From: Octopus vulgaris
Taxonomy: Eukaryota
Length of the DNA stretch: 64,000 nucleotides
Assembly (NCBI GenBank): GCA_951406725.2
Contig: OX597833.1
Coordinates: forward strand, 46,190,001-46,254,000
Reading direction: 5' to 3'
The notes beneath the pieces were generated by a model. It did not search any database, had not been told where the DNA came from, and was given only the letters and a program-made list of their open reading frames with translations. Shown here piece by piece: positions 1 through 13,870 of the stretch. The translations under genes were made by a program, and so were the position numbers. Numbering within the stretch: the first letter of the stretch is position 1; each line of letters opens with the position of its first letter.

Positions 1-214
1 GTGTGTGTATATAGATATATATATATTTATATAAATTATATACGGCTTTTTGTGCTCGTGCCCATGTCTATCTGTGCGTATATGTAGTGTTTCTGTGTGT
101 GTGTATATGTAGTGTGTCTCTCTGTGTGTGTGTTTGTGTGTATATATATATATATAAACGCATACACACAATACTACTATATGCGTATGTGTGTGTAATT
201 GTGTATATATTTAT

Positions 215-254
<40 letters not shown>

Positions 255-730
255 ACGCGCACACACACAACACATACACACAAAGAAACCCATACACAGA
301 CTTTGCCTGTGTTGATAGACTGGTTTGGGTCATTATTTGTTTTGTAAATTTTGTAGACGCGTTAATCTTTTATGCATTTTTTTTGTTTTTACCTTTTATT
401 TTCGTTTTAGTTTTTTTTTCTATTTATTCATTTTTACTTGTGTTTTTATGCTTCAATGTTATAAATAGTGTACGTTACTGTTGCATCATCATACTTTACT
501 TACTGTAATAGTATTGAGTGGAGAGTTGGCAAATGAATACATGACAGTAAATGAAAAGGAGGCGCAGGTCATTGCCACTAAGAAAGAGAGAGGGGCAGAG
601 GGAGTATGCGATATAAAGGGGGGGAAACGAGAGATAAATAGAAAGAGAAAGCGGACTAGAGGGAGGGAGAGAAAGAGAAGAGTAGAAGAGAGCAGAAGGA
701 GTTGAATCGGGAAGTTATGTACATATATAT

Positions 731-880
731 ATCGAGCCAGTGCGGCAGGAGTAGGCTCACCAAAACCAGTATGACCTCAAATTCAAATTCAAATTCACGA
801 CCTCCACAATCAGACCGTGATTGGTGGAGTGAACATGCTGAGGCCCTCGTTCCGCAGAGGGCTAAACCAATCCAATCCAA
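731..880 (+). mobile_element. Probable 3' end of a non-LTR retroelement with a (CCAAT)n tail
   Basis: Two hairpins (CTCCACAATCA/TGATTGGTGGAG and GCCCTC/GAGGGC) directly followed by CCAATCCAATCCAA, between (TA)n tracts. Family unassigned. Confidence 0.4.
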
Positions 881-892
881 TATATATATTTA

Positions 893-1300
893 TTTTATTC
901 TTTTACTTGTTTCAGTCATTTGACTGCGGCCATGCTGGGGCAGAGCCTTGAAGGGTTTCTTTTTTAGTTGAACAAATCGACTCCAGGACTTATTCTTTGT
1001 AAACCTATTACTTATTTTATCGGTCTCTTATGCCGAGCTGCTAAGTCACGGGGACGTAAACACACCAACATCGGTTGTCAAGCGACAATGGGGTGGGGGA
1101 CAAAAATAGACACAAAGACACACACACATGCACACACACCACACACACACACACATATACACAACGGGCTTCTTTTCGTCTGCCATAGCCACTCACAAGG
1201 CTTTAGTCAGCTGAGGCTATAGTAGAAGACACTTACGCAAGGTGCCATGCAGTGGGACCGAACCCGGAACCATGTGGTTGGGAAGCAAACTTCTTATCTC
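893..1300 (-). mobile_element. SINE family A, diverged copy
   Basis: Reverse complement of the family A body, internal (CA)n, and the tail GCAGTCAAATGACTGAAACAAGTAAAAG. Confidence 0.85.
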
Positions 1301-2365
1301 ACATCTAGGACTTTCCAACTTGTGTCCCGGGACCAGGAAGATCATCTGTACCTCGAGATCCAGAACTTTCCTAAACAGCACTGCCACCCCACCTCCCATT
1401 CCCGGCCGACTAAGGGATGCTTAGATCTCAAAATCTCAATTTTATTCGTTGTAGTGGTGATGATTATAGTCGTGTTCGTAGTCTTGATATTGCAGCTAAC
1501 TGCTGTCTTCGGTATTGGCAAATGATTGTGGGGAATTCAAGCTCATAATTTGAATTATGTCTTTGCGTTGTAAAATCAATGAATCTGCTGTCTATTGGTT
1601 GGCTTAGTAGTAATTTCATCCACTGGGCTTTGGAATTGCTGGATGCTCGCCTCCCCTTCTATTAGTAGGTAGCAGGCAGAGACTACTATGGCATCTTGCA
1701 CCTCTCTACCTGAATCACTTCTCACCTCTTCTTACACGTCCTTCAACGAGGTTGGCTTCGCCATGTTTATTTGTCTTTTTTTTTCTTAAAGTTAAGTTTT
1801 GGAAACAAACTGGATGTTATTTTTTGAGATTTCAGCCCCACACAGGAGCACAAACAACGAGAACAAGCAAACCTTTGCAAAGGTGATGGTTTGACAAACG
1901 TTTTGTAACAAAATAAGCAATGAACAACTTTTGGAAACAAAATGAAGAACGAAACACGAACGAACGAACACGTGCATCCCGTCAGAACAACAACAACAAC
2001 AACAATAATAAAAGATCAACAATAAAAAATAAAAATAAAAATAAAAGACACAATGGCAATCGTGATTCTAAATCCGGTGTCCCTGAATAAAAGGCGGGAA
2101 GGTCACTTCTGGAAAAACTGGTCACAGAACAGCTCGATCACACAGTTGTCCTAAAGATTGAATAACATCATCGTCAACAACAGCAACAAGACCACCACCA
2201 CCAACAACAACAACAACAACAGCAACAACAAGGCCATCAACAATAAGAGCGCGTGGGTAAAAAAAATGTTCCTAGTTTACAATTACTAAAATATGTCTTC
2301 CTAAACTGATGCAGTGATTCATAATAAAGAAAAATGAAAAGAAAAGAACTTTCCATATCCGTTTT

Positions 2366-2404
<39 letters not shown>

Positions 2405-2834
2405 AATTCCCTTGTGCTTTGTCTGCTATGCTGTAAAAATAAGTACACCAGAGATATTTCACGTCACTCAGACAGGGGGCGAAGCTAAAAGCGTGCTCAG
2501 ATATGTTGCGGGTAAGTGAACATTAAATAAGGCCTTTATGAAGAGTATTTAGGGCATGCAAGGAACGGTGAGAGTTTTCCTAAATTGTATCTAGGTAAAA
2601 GTTATAAATAACCTATTGACAAATAAATAACTACACATACGTACACAGATAACGTTAGTTTGACCCTTCCCCTTTTTCCATTCTTTAAAGGATAGTGTGG
2701 GCATAGTCATGACTATTTTTATTCTCAACACATGCTTTACTAACGTAATAACAATTATGGCATAGTCATGAGGACTACTTCCTGACCTTAGAATTTCTTA
2801 CATTGACATCATAAGGCCTGTTTGTTAGTATATG

Positions 2835-3160
<326 letters not shown>

Positions 3161-3176
3161 ATATATATATATATAT

Positions 3177-3389
3177 GGTTAAGAATTGTACAAAAGATAA
3201 ACAAAGACAAAAGATAGAAACGGGTAGGGAACAACAAAAAAGGTGTATTAGTTTGACAGTCAGGAAAAATAGTAGTCTTTGACATTTCGAACCTACGCTC
3301 TTCTGCAGAATGGAATGAGGAGAAGAAAGAAATGGAGAGAGAGAGAAAAAAAACGGAGAGAAAAAAAGACGTATCTGGACTAAATGTTG

Positions 3390-3391
<2 letters not shown>
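3177..3391 (-). mobile_element. Inverted, diverged copy of the same Penelope-like element
   Basis: Minus strand reads CTGCAGAAGAGCGTAGGTTCGAAATGTCAAAG; flanked by (TA)n. Confidence 0.5.
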
Positions 3392-3425
<34 letters not shown>

Positions 3426-3438
3426 TATATAGATATAT

Positions 3439-3494
<56 letters not shown>

Positions 3495-3628
3495 TTTTGC
3501 CTTGCACCCTGAACTCCTTGATGGAGTTGCAGGGACACTGTCGAGGTTTTTGGAATGACCTGGACACTGTTAGACCTGACGGAGCCCGTCCCTCTCTAGA
3601 TCTGTCCATGGCCAATATCTTTCAGGAG
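3495..3628 (-). mobile_element. Probable LINE 3' end followed by (CTAT)n
   Basis: Minus-strand hairpin CCCTG(C)AACTCC-ATCAA-GGAGTTCAGGG about 12 nt upstream of a (CTAT)n tract. Confidence 0.35.
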
Positions 3629-3774
3629 AGAAAGAGAAAGAGAAAGCAGACAGAGACAAAAATTTCAGGGTCGATAAATAGAATGGCAGTTATAGTGTAG
3701 GGTTGCCATTTTATTTATCGACCCCGAAAAGATGATATTTGAATTCAGAGGGTAGGCAGCCTGGATATTGATTT

Positions 3775-3955
3775 CAAATTTTGTCACAAAATACACAATT
3801 TCGGGTGAGGGCGTAACTCGATTATTTTGACCCCAATGCACAACTGGTACTTAATTTATCGATTTCGAAAGGATGAAAAGCAAAGTCGATCTCAGCGGAA
3901 TTTGAACTTAGAACGTGAAGACTGACGAAACGCCGCTATGCATTTTGCTAGGCGT
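3775..3955 (-). mobile_element. SINE family B, diverged copy
   Basis: CTGGTACTTAATTTATCGA..GAAAGGATGAAAAGCAAAGTCGATCTCAGCGGAATTTGAACT is the reverse complement of the family B core. Confidence 0.8.
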
Positions 3956-4125
3956 ACAAAGGATTAAAGACAACCCGAATATTAACTGCTAAACAATCTA
4001 TTAGATGGTAAGGCGATTCGGTTTTTATGCATACATGCATACATACATACATACATACATACATACATACATACATACATACATACATACATACACACAC
4101 ACATACATACACACATACATATGTA

Positions 4126-4163
<38 letters not shown>

Positions 4164-5563
4164 AGCAATTATGGACTACATTATATTACATTATTGTACT
4201 ATATATTATTTATTATTTGATTTATAATTATATTACATTATATTATGTATTATTTAATTTATTATATTCATCCATACATTCATACATACATATACACATA
4301 CGCATACATATACATATATATATATATACATAGATATACGCATATATGAACTATATTATATTACATTATTTTATTATATATTATTTATTATTTAATTTAT
4401 TATTATATTATATTATATATTATTTAATTTATTATATTCATATTGAGCACAGACCTTGCATTTTGTTAAAAATAAATATACATCAAATATCGGTGTGGTT
4501 CATTGAAACACTAGATTTTAAGCGTCTCGGAATTTTCTGAATCACCTCAAACACTCGCAATGCACATGCAGATCATATACGGTTCATACGTGTGTCTGTC
4601 GGGACTTAGGAGCTGAAATCGTCTGAACTGGCAAGAGTGGATCTCCGCCGTTGAACGACGACCTTTCAGTTGTGCTATCAACCAAGTTAACGTGTAAAGT
4701 AGCTGAGAATACCACAAACACGTGTAAACTTTACGTAATCTCCTGGCGGAATCGGTGTGAAACAATGTATGACCCGGCTGTACCTTTTGAATTACAGGTA
4801 CAATTCATCCGACGGCTTCTATACAGTTTTCCCAAAACCAGTTTCACTCGCAAACACATTTGCGCAAGATGTCACGCAACTGGACTGAACTCTCGACGAC
4901 GTGGTTATGAAGCGTGTCATTTCTTTTTATTTTAACTATTCAGCTTTGTAGCGCTTCCAGGCTTGACTCAGCCATAATTAAAACAACTAAAAGCATTTTT
5001 TTCTCTTTGTGACAAGATACAAGATATTGAATGAGATGCTGTGACGATCAAGCCTTTCTTGTGTACATATAACAACACGAGCAAAATGCCCTCCATCCAA
5101 TGGACGGTGCTGAGTTGTCAAATATTTAAACCAAATTTTCTCAAAACAACTTATCCGACCGTGCCATAGGCCACCCCTTTGAGAAACACTGATTTAACCT
5201 AAATTTGAGACACCAGCAAAAGAAGAAATAAAGATAGACTTTTTTCTATTCCAAAAAAAAAAAAATCATTTTATTCACACAAATATGCAACCGAAGAGTT
5301 TAAAGTACCAGTAATGATAAGGCTGTTGACTGGGAGAACGGCTGTATCGACCGCATTCTCACCTGAGCTTGGATGCGTATTCATCCATCCATCGATGCTC
5401 TCGGTGTCAGGGGGTTGACCTGCTTTCTCTTCTGCGAGTCTTACGAATAGCAAAGGACTACGTTTCGGACTTCTCCAATTTTGCGAGCTCTGGGACGAAG
5501 ACCGTTCGCTTAGCAGCAACAGCAACAACAACGACATGAAGATCTTGTTCATAGAACAAGTAA

Positions 5564-5826
5564 TAATAAATAATAAATGCGCCCTTTTAAAGCCTAGCCA
5601 GGCTCATGGGCCCGGTTTCCAGGTTTCAATGGTGCATGTGTTCCCTAGCTGGACGGGACGCCAGTCCATCGCAGCGTTACTCATTTTTGCCAGCTAAGTG
5701 GACTGGAGCAACGTGAAATGAAGTGTTTTGCTCAAGAACACAACGCGTCGCCCGGTTCAGGAATCGAAACCACAATCTTACGATCATGATGCTGACACCC
5801 TAACCACTAAGCCACGCACATCCACT
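5564..5826 (-). mobile_element. tRNA-headed SINE family C (V-SINE-like domain) with a 13-bp TSD
   Basis: Minus-strand A-box TGGCTTAGTGG and B-box GTTTCGATTCC; GCTGCGATGGACTGGCGTCCCGTCCAG resembles the V-domain; (TTA)n tail; TSD ATAGAACAAGTAA at 5551-5563 and 5827-5839. Confidence 0.85.
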
Positions 5827-6613
5827 ATAGAACAAGTAAAGGCAACCGTTTTTGACAAGAGACCGCATGAGAGATAACCCATTAGCAAGCAGGTCGCACA
5901 GCTAAAAAAAACAAAAAGTAAGGTGATTTTTCGTTGATGTGCCATTTAGAAATGATGTGCCATTTTTCGTTGATGTGCCATGATGGGCAAAGCCGCACTT
6001 TGCCCATGATTGATCAAGAGTATGACAGTTGTCTATTTGAATGCTTATTCTTCTTTCACACGGTTAAGTACATGCTTTGTTTTTTTCATTTAAATATATA
6101 GTTCGTGAATACATTTAAATAAAACGACTACAAGACATAAATAGAGATAAAATCATTTCCGCGTAATTCCGATTTATCTCGGGTCGAGAACAATGGATTC
6201 TTCTATTTAGGAATAGCTGGTTAAGATATCTAATGAATGTCACAGCCCGTTCAATGTCACGTTAGGAATAAAATGTATAATCTGCGATTAGCCCGACGCC
6301 GGTTTTCACACGTGATCTTGTATCACCTGATCAACGGCGTCTTTTGACACAACTTAAACTCGTTGAATGAATTTTATCTCATTTAACACTTTTGACCAGC
6401 ATATAATACTTTCTTGGCATGTTAAACCAATAACGTTTGTTTGTTCAATTTCTTTCTTTCTATTTTTCTGTCGATCTGTTTTCCATTCTTTCTTTCTTTT
6501 TATTGCCTATATTTTCAGTTTCATTTCAGTTCCGCTTTCTCTTTTTCCTCTCCTCGATACCTGTGTCTCTATCTGACCTTGCTTCTGTCACTGTTTCTCT
6601 GTTCCTCCACCCC

Positions 6614-6807
<194 letters not shown>

Positions 6808-8876
6808 GTTTCTCCCTGCCTCCCTCTCAGTTTTGATTTGCTTTCTTTCTTTCTTTCTTTTCTTCATCCCTCTCTTTCCCTATATTTTGTTGAACTATAG
6901 TTTATAATTCGAAATTACTTCGAAACATAAGCATGTGGAAAATTCGTGTGTATCTGTGAGTATCTGTATGCGTATATGAATATGTGTGTGCGCGCAAACA
7001 CAGAAACATATTACATATACATACATATATATTATATTCATATGTATTCATACTTATATACATATATACATATACATATGCATATACATACGCATATATA
7101 CACACACACACATGTGTGTGTGTATGAGAAGAGATATTCTTTTATACGTTTCATTAGATACGACTCTATTCGAGTTTTATCTTTTCCCTTTTAGTTTTCA
7201 TATTTTCTTATCAGGTTTTTGTTGTTGTTGTTGTTGGTTTTTTATTTTGTTTTTATTCATTTATTTATCTATTTATTTTTGTCTTTAGTTTGGAACAATA
7301 AAGCTCCTAAATCCTGCTTTAATGTTTCCAGTACTCCACAATCTCATTTCTATTTTGCTGGAAAATTCTACATGAATTCGACCAGTATACAAGAAGCGAC
7401 ACAGATGTCAAATCTCTTTCAGTTTCTTGAAAAAGAAATTGCAAAAGTCTGAACAAGATGAAAATGGATTCAGAAACGTTATTATTCAAAACAAAGCATA
7501 GAAAAAAAAATAAGAAGAAAACAAGAAAAAAATCTACTATTTAAAATATAAGATAGCCATCTATCTATCATACATCATGTATGCACAATGTCGATAGGCC
7601 AGTTTAGTATGGCATTTGTCCTGAGATAGTATGTCTAACGGACGTGCTGTGTTGAAAAAATAGATATCAGAAGGATATGAAAATTCGTTCCGGCAGCGAC
7701 CAACAAGAACGCTGGGTGCATTTCGACCTTCTTGGAACTTTTCAATAGTGTGTACTAGATGCCTTTCACACCATTGAATGGCATCTAGAGAACGCAGAAG
7801 TATTAAATAAAAATAACTGTCTATGTATCATAGTTAATGTATACACATTATCGATAGGCCAGTTACTGCGGTATTTGTCCCGAGATAGTATCTCTTATGA
7901 ACGGGCTGTATTAAAAACACAATAAATATGAAAATACTTTATTCACTTTTCCTATATCAGAGACAACGAATTCTCGTTCAAGCGAGTGGCTGGCTGTGAG
8001 AACACGACATTGAAAAATCTTCAAAAAGCCGAAAAGCATCTGATGTTTTTGCCAGCTGCTGTTGGGACGAATTTTCGTCTTCCTCTAATATTTATATCAT
8101 GGACAAAGAAAATCTGTAAGACCTTAGAATTCAAACAAGACGTATCTGCATAATAATAATAAAAAAAGCAATAAGTTAGAGTTAACAGATTTTCATATCG
8201 TGAATGGTAAAAAGACTGGATCAAAATAGAACTGAACTAGAAATCCTGGAGGAAAACCCCAATTCCATAATTTCATACGATACTGATATTCATGATATAT
8301 CTCGGACAATATAAATCTGCAAAACTTTGTTAAAGTTTAAACGGTGAATAGTTGCGCACAAGATGGCAAAACAAAACGAGAGCCTTCCACTTTATCCTCT
8401 GAAAAATTTTCTTTTACTAGTTTGTCACCGAGTAGATAAAGGGTTAGAAAAATCCCTGAATCTTTAATCGAATGATAAACAAATTCACGTATCTAGTTAG
8501 TTTGAAGAGGTTTCGAATAAATTGAGAATACATCAAACTATTTTGCTATATACTGTTAACTAACTGGTTGTGGTATTAACATACGCTCAATTTTATTTAT
8601 ATATTCACTAGTCTGATGTATATATAGATAATACACACCGTCATACTAATTCGTTCTTTCTCTGTTTCTCTCTCCCTCTCTCTAATAAACATATGCATAC
8701 GCATTTGCACATACACACACATGCACACATACACATTTATATACATGTACAAACATTGATAGACACAAATACAAAAGTATACATACACACATACATACAT
8801 GGACAGGCAGACAATCAGACAGACAGACAGACAGACAACCAGACAGACAGACAACCAGACAGACAGACAGACAGAG

Positions 8877-8932
<56 letters not shown>

Positions 8933-8937
8933 TGATT

Positions 8938-8991
<54 letters not shown>

Positions 8992-9752
8992 CAGAGGGAG
9001 AAAGAGAGAGAGATTCATGCATGAATGCATTTCTATATGTATATATACCCACAGATACATATAACTATACATGGTATGTTTTATGTATATGTCTATGAAC
9101 GTGCGTATGTGTGTGCATGTATGTGTGCGCATGTGTGTATGTGTGTGTGTGTATTTGTGTGTATGTGTGTGTGTGTGAAAATACATACATAAATATTGCA
9201 CACACATATAAGTATGTGTGCTTGTGCCCGTCTGCGCATGCGTGCGTGCGTACTTGCGTGTTTGTGTTCGTCTGTGTGTGTGTGTGTGTGTATGCGCGCG
9301 TGTATGTCCATACATGTAATCTGTTGCGAAAGATATTCTATCTGATAAAGCGAAACATGTTACCAGCGACACGTGTCAAGAGGAACGCATTTTGTATATA
9401 AAACGCTCGGCCGTGAAATATCTAAAATTTCGAGGTTACTAACGATAGCTTCTCCCAAATCAACTTAGCACTAGTTCATAGCAGCTCCGGGACATCGGGC
9501 ATTTGTTTATACTAAGCTTCCTCGCTCTTGGCATATTTTAGTTTCTTTCAGAATCAAATTTCTTCAAGTATATACTAGATAAACAAAAGTGCAGCATGTT
9601 AGTGTTGCTAAGACTTTCATTTCGCCACCAGGTGGTTAAGCAAGTGCCTTCTGCTATATTATTATTAGCTTTCGGGTTGTACCAAAATTGTGGGAGTATA
9701 AATTTGATGAACTGAAACTGCGCAAAAGCCCGTCGTTGTCGTCGTCATCGAC

Positions 9753-9783
<31 letters not shown>

Positions 9784-9814
9784 TGCGCGCGCGTGTGTGT
9801 GTGTGTGTGTGAGT

Positions 9815-10068
9815 GTTAGTTAGTTAGTTAGTTAGTTAGTTAATTTGGCTCAAAAGCAAATAGCAAGGCCATGTAGGGGGACATGGAGTTAAGTACAGGG
9901 TGGTGTTCATGTAAAGAGTTCAGGCCACTTGAGGTCCAGGGAGGCTTTGAACAAAGCGGTCGTCGGCATCTTCACCATCTCGTCTGGCAGCTTGTTCCAC
10001 GGATCCGCAACCCGGACGGAGAAAGCTCCTCTCCTTCGATTGAGATGAAATCGTCGCAGGTAGAGCTT
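9815..10068 (-). mobile_element. CR1-clade LINE 3' fragment with a (CTAA)n tail
   Basis: Encodes KLYLRRFHLNRRRGAFSVRVADPWNKLPDEMVKMPTTALFKASLD, typical of the CR1 ORF2 C-terminus; 3' UTR hairpin CCATGT-CCCCCT-ACATGG; lies in a (GT)n tract. Confidence 0.85.
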
Positions 10069-10159
10069 GTGCGTGTGTGTGTGTGTCCATGTGTGATGGA
10101 AAGTCAGGAATGTCATATGTTATTGATAACGATCAAGCATCTGTGGAGCTGAAGCGATC

Positions 10160-10208
<49 letters not shown>

Positions 10209-10599
10209 TTTAGACATACATATGTTGAACGCAAAACATTTCATCATTTGATTTCATCTCATAATCAATGACATTGAAGTACAGTGTGCTTGATACTTCA
10301 TATAGTTAACAATATGTATATATGTATAAAGGTGCCGAAGTTGTTTATCCTCCATCAGCAGCCAATTCGTAATCACCGTATTTTCGATATCTATACATAC
10401 ATACACACTTACATGTATACGTGTTATATGTAGAGCTGGAATAGAACTAAAACAAAAGCAAATAATCACATGCGCAGGGGCACACGTGCACACACACACA
10501 CACACATACACACACACATACACACACACACATACACACACACACACACATGGACACATACACATGCAGACATATAGATGCACATATATACAAAGTTGA

Positions 10600-10676
<77 letters not shown>

Positions 10677-11477
10677 TAGATACATCTTGACTAGTGGACA
10701 CCCCGACTGATATTTCTTTTCATACAATATATTTAATTCCAGTTAGCTTTTACTTCTCCTTACTCTAAAATGTTAGCAATGACATAAAGGATGACAGCTG
10801 TGTTATTTCCTCTCTAAACATTTCCACCAAATACGATCTCTTGTGTTTACTTCGGGATTCAGTTATCGCCACTTGAACTCGTACAGAAAGGTTATGCTTT
10901 CTCTTATGAGGTCAGAATAACACCGAAACATGTTTGCATTTGTTTCTCTGTTTTTTCCAGTCGGAAAAATGATATTAGCGAATGATGAATACCATCTTTC
11001 GCTTACTTCACACATGCATACACGCGCGCGCGCACACACAAACGTTTTTGACGATGTGTACTCCAGTTGTTCAGCCAACAAAACGACTTACTAGTTGAAT
11101 TATAGTGGAGGTATTTCATTGACACTTGAACTTGACATATGATCCTCTAGTAGGACCAGCGTGACAGAGTGACAAATATGTCTCTCTGAATTACCGACCC
11201 GTCAATCTGACGGCCTTCAGTAGGCACTCCGCCCACATTATGTCATGCAGAAGGCTTTGGTTGACACCAGGTTATAGCAAAACACACTCATCCAATGATG
11301 TCTTGAATGTGGAACCCTGTGCCTGGACTCGACTATTCAACTAATAATGTTTTTTTAATAGCGCAGTCAGAAAAAGGACAGCATATAGGAGGTTTTTTGC
11401 AGGATCTTCAAGACTGTTTTTTTTTTTTTTGTTGGATCTTCAAGGTTAGAAGGAATAACTTGGGACATATAAGAGAA

Positions 11478-11667
11478 AAAAACTCATGACACGTGATAGA
11501 AAAACTCATGACTCGTTAAAGAAATACCCACGATTCATAAAGCGAAAAAAGTCACGACTCCTGAAAGAAGTCATGACCCATGAAAGAAAAACTCACGACT
11601 CATGAAAGAAAAAAAAGAAAACAGTCGTGACTCATGAAAGAAAACTCACGACTCACGACTCATGAAG
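11478..11667. repeat. Degenerate ~21-24 bp minisatellite (AAAACTCAYGACTCATGAAAGA)
   Basis: About 8 imperfect tandem units visible. Confidence 0.75.
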
Positions 11668-11768
11668 AGTGTCAGGCAGAAGCTTTGATATGAATGCATT
11701 TCCACCGAGTGGAGTCCACTAAGCATTACCAGGGATCAGATGATAATGTTAAATCGAGTTACACAGTC

Positions 11769-11802
<34 letters not shown>

Positions 11803-12164
11803 GTGGGAGGGATGGAGGAAGAAAGAGAAATCTTGCCGGTGGAGATAAGTTACTTTCCAGTAAACAAATAGTAGCAAACATCTCCGTAACAATACGCAAC
11901 CAACCATGCATTTGTGAGCTGAAGGTAACCAAGAATATACAATAGATTTAGTCTAGAAAATAACAAAATACAACAATCGCACTCAATATAAATCACTTTC
12001 GACTCTCACCACTCCCTCTCACTCTCTCGCTCTTTCTTTAATATTCTTACAAACATACGTACATACATTGTGACATACTTGCATATCTATGTACGAATGT
12101 ATGTATACACACATACACACATATATAATCACCAACAAGTTTACTTATACATATATATATATAT

Positions 12165-12460
12165 ATTAAAATATTGAGGGTAGAAACTGAAATCAACAAA
12201 TTAACATCAATTTAAACCAGTGGTCTAGCATATTAAAAAAAATCCGAAGATTTAAAAATTATATTACAATTAATAAGAGGAATGACCACTAAAGTGGATT
12301 CCTATACGCTAAAAATAGACGTCAAATCGCCTTACCACAAACAGTGTGTTCTCAAGAAAAACAAAAACCCAGCAAACGCCAAAATGTGGTAAGGCGGTTT
12401 GACATCTATTTCTAGCATATAGGAATCAACTTTAGTGGTCATTCCTCATACTAATTTTAT
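12165..12460. mobile_element. (TA)n-flanked element with a ~72-bp inverted repeat
   Basis: Arms 12267-12338 and 12385-12456 are reverse complements with scattered mismatches. Confidence 0.7.
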
Positions 12461-12660
12461 ATATATATATATGCAATTAATACATGCATGTTTATTTCTG
12501 TATTTGTGTGAGTGCATCTTTTAATTTCAGTTAAGAAAGAGTGCCGTGTAATTAATTTTAATTTATACAAAATGGACGCCATAAAGGTTCGTTAAAAATG
12601 TGCAATTGAGTGTCAGATAGTAAAGAATTAGAGTACAGTGCGTGTTCATGTATGTATGTA

Positions 12661-13581
12661 CGAGGAGGTATCAAAAAGTTCCTAAACTAGTTATGTTTAA
12701 AAAAAAAACTTATTTACCTAAGTTCCGGGTTCAGTCCCCCGCCTTTTCATCTTGGGGACGAGATCTGGGGAAGAGATGGCGAATAGAGCGGGTGCGGAAG
12801 CCATACCCTGTTGTTTTGGGCGAGAAATTCACGAGTGAGGAGAGCTCAGTGACAAGGTCATTGTTGTCGTGAAGAATCCACTTTTCGCGCTCCTCAGAGC
12901 CGGTCGCTTTCGCCGAATGCTCACATTCAAATGCTTCAAAACGTCGCAGTAGAATTCTCGACATACAATACCGCAGATGTCGAAAGAAAACGATGGAGCA
13001 TGCTCTTGAGTGGGATGCAGTTCTGTCATGCCTTCTTCGGTCGTGGAGATGAAGGGCTCTTCCATTGTGACGACTATTGCTTCGTCTCAGGGTTGTAAAC
13101 GTAGACCCAACTCTCGCCACTGGTGATGATCCTCGACATGAAGAATGGGTCATCAGCGGCACGCTGACAGACTTCGACGCGATGTTCTTTCTGATCTGTG
13201 GTTAGCAGGTGGGGGACAAACTTGGCAGACACACCGCATGTTCAATTCAGGCTTTAGGATTGCCTGCACAGACCCATTCGACAGACCACCAGCATCAGCA
13301 ATGTCGCTGATTGTCCTCCGGCAATCCTTATGCACAAGCTAATGAATTTTCCACATTTGCAGGGATGGAGCTCATGACAGGCCTTCCAGATCGCTTATCG
13401 TCTGCCTGGGACGATCTTCCGCTTTTGAAATGCCCGTGCCACTTGAAACATTGCGTATGACCCATTGCCTCGTCACTGTAAGATTGCCGAAGCATGCTCA
13501 ATATCGCTGCTAGCTCTCACTGCGTACGCCATCTGTTGGCGCGCTACAGAACTAGTCTGGGAACTTTTTGATATCACCTCG
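12661..13581 (-). mobile_element. Internally deleted mariner transposon (pseudogene)
   Basis: TIRs CGAGGAGGTATCAAAAAGTTCC and GGAACTTTTTGATATCACCTCG; TA on both sides in (TATG)n; frameshifted motifs KFVPHLLT, ESWVY, WILHDN, PHPLYSP. Confidence 0.9.
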
Positions 13582-13679
13582 TATGTATGTATGTATGTAT
13601 GTATGTATGTATGTATGTATGTATGTACGTATGCATGTACGTACATACGTGTATGCATATGGGTAGGGTTGCTCTCTCC

Positions 13680-13870
13680 CCACCGCTTGATATAAACAAA
13701 CTGCTTGGTTTGTTTATGGCCCCGTAACTTAGCGCTTCGGCAAAAGGATTCTAGAGAATACGCACCAGACTTTAAAAACAAAATTAAATACTGGGATCGA
13801 TTTATTCCATTAAACCGTTCAAGGTGGTGCTACAGTATGGCTACAGTCCAATGAGAGAAACAAGTAAAAA
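13680..13870 (+). mobile_element. SINE family A, 3' half, diverged
   Basis: CCCCGTAACTTAGCGCTTCGGCAAAAG..GGCTACAGTCCAATGAGAGAAACAAGTAAAA. Confidence 0.75.

Noticed and set aside
2430-2518. Consensus splice donor GG|GTAAGT at ~2512
   Set aside because: No convincing acceptor or protein similarity; such motifs occur by chance in 64 kb.
4547-4935. Two overlapping ORFs of complex sequence
   Set aside because: 4690-4745 aligns with the body of SINE D (33115-33170), and no domain is recognisable.
5271-5552. 93-aa ORF with a signal-peptide-like MSLLLLLLL start
   Set aside because: The Leu run comes from a CAA/CAG microsatellite, the ATG overlaps the SINE TSD, and no family is recognisable. RNA-seq or TBLASTN conservation could rescue it.
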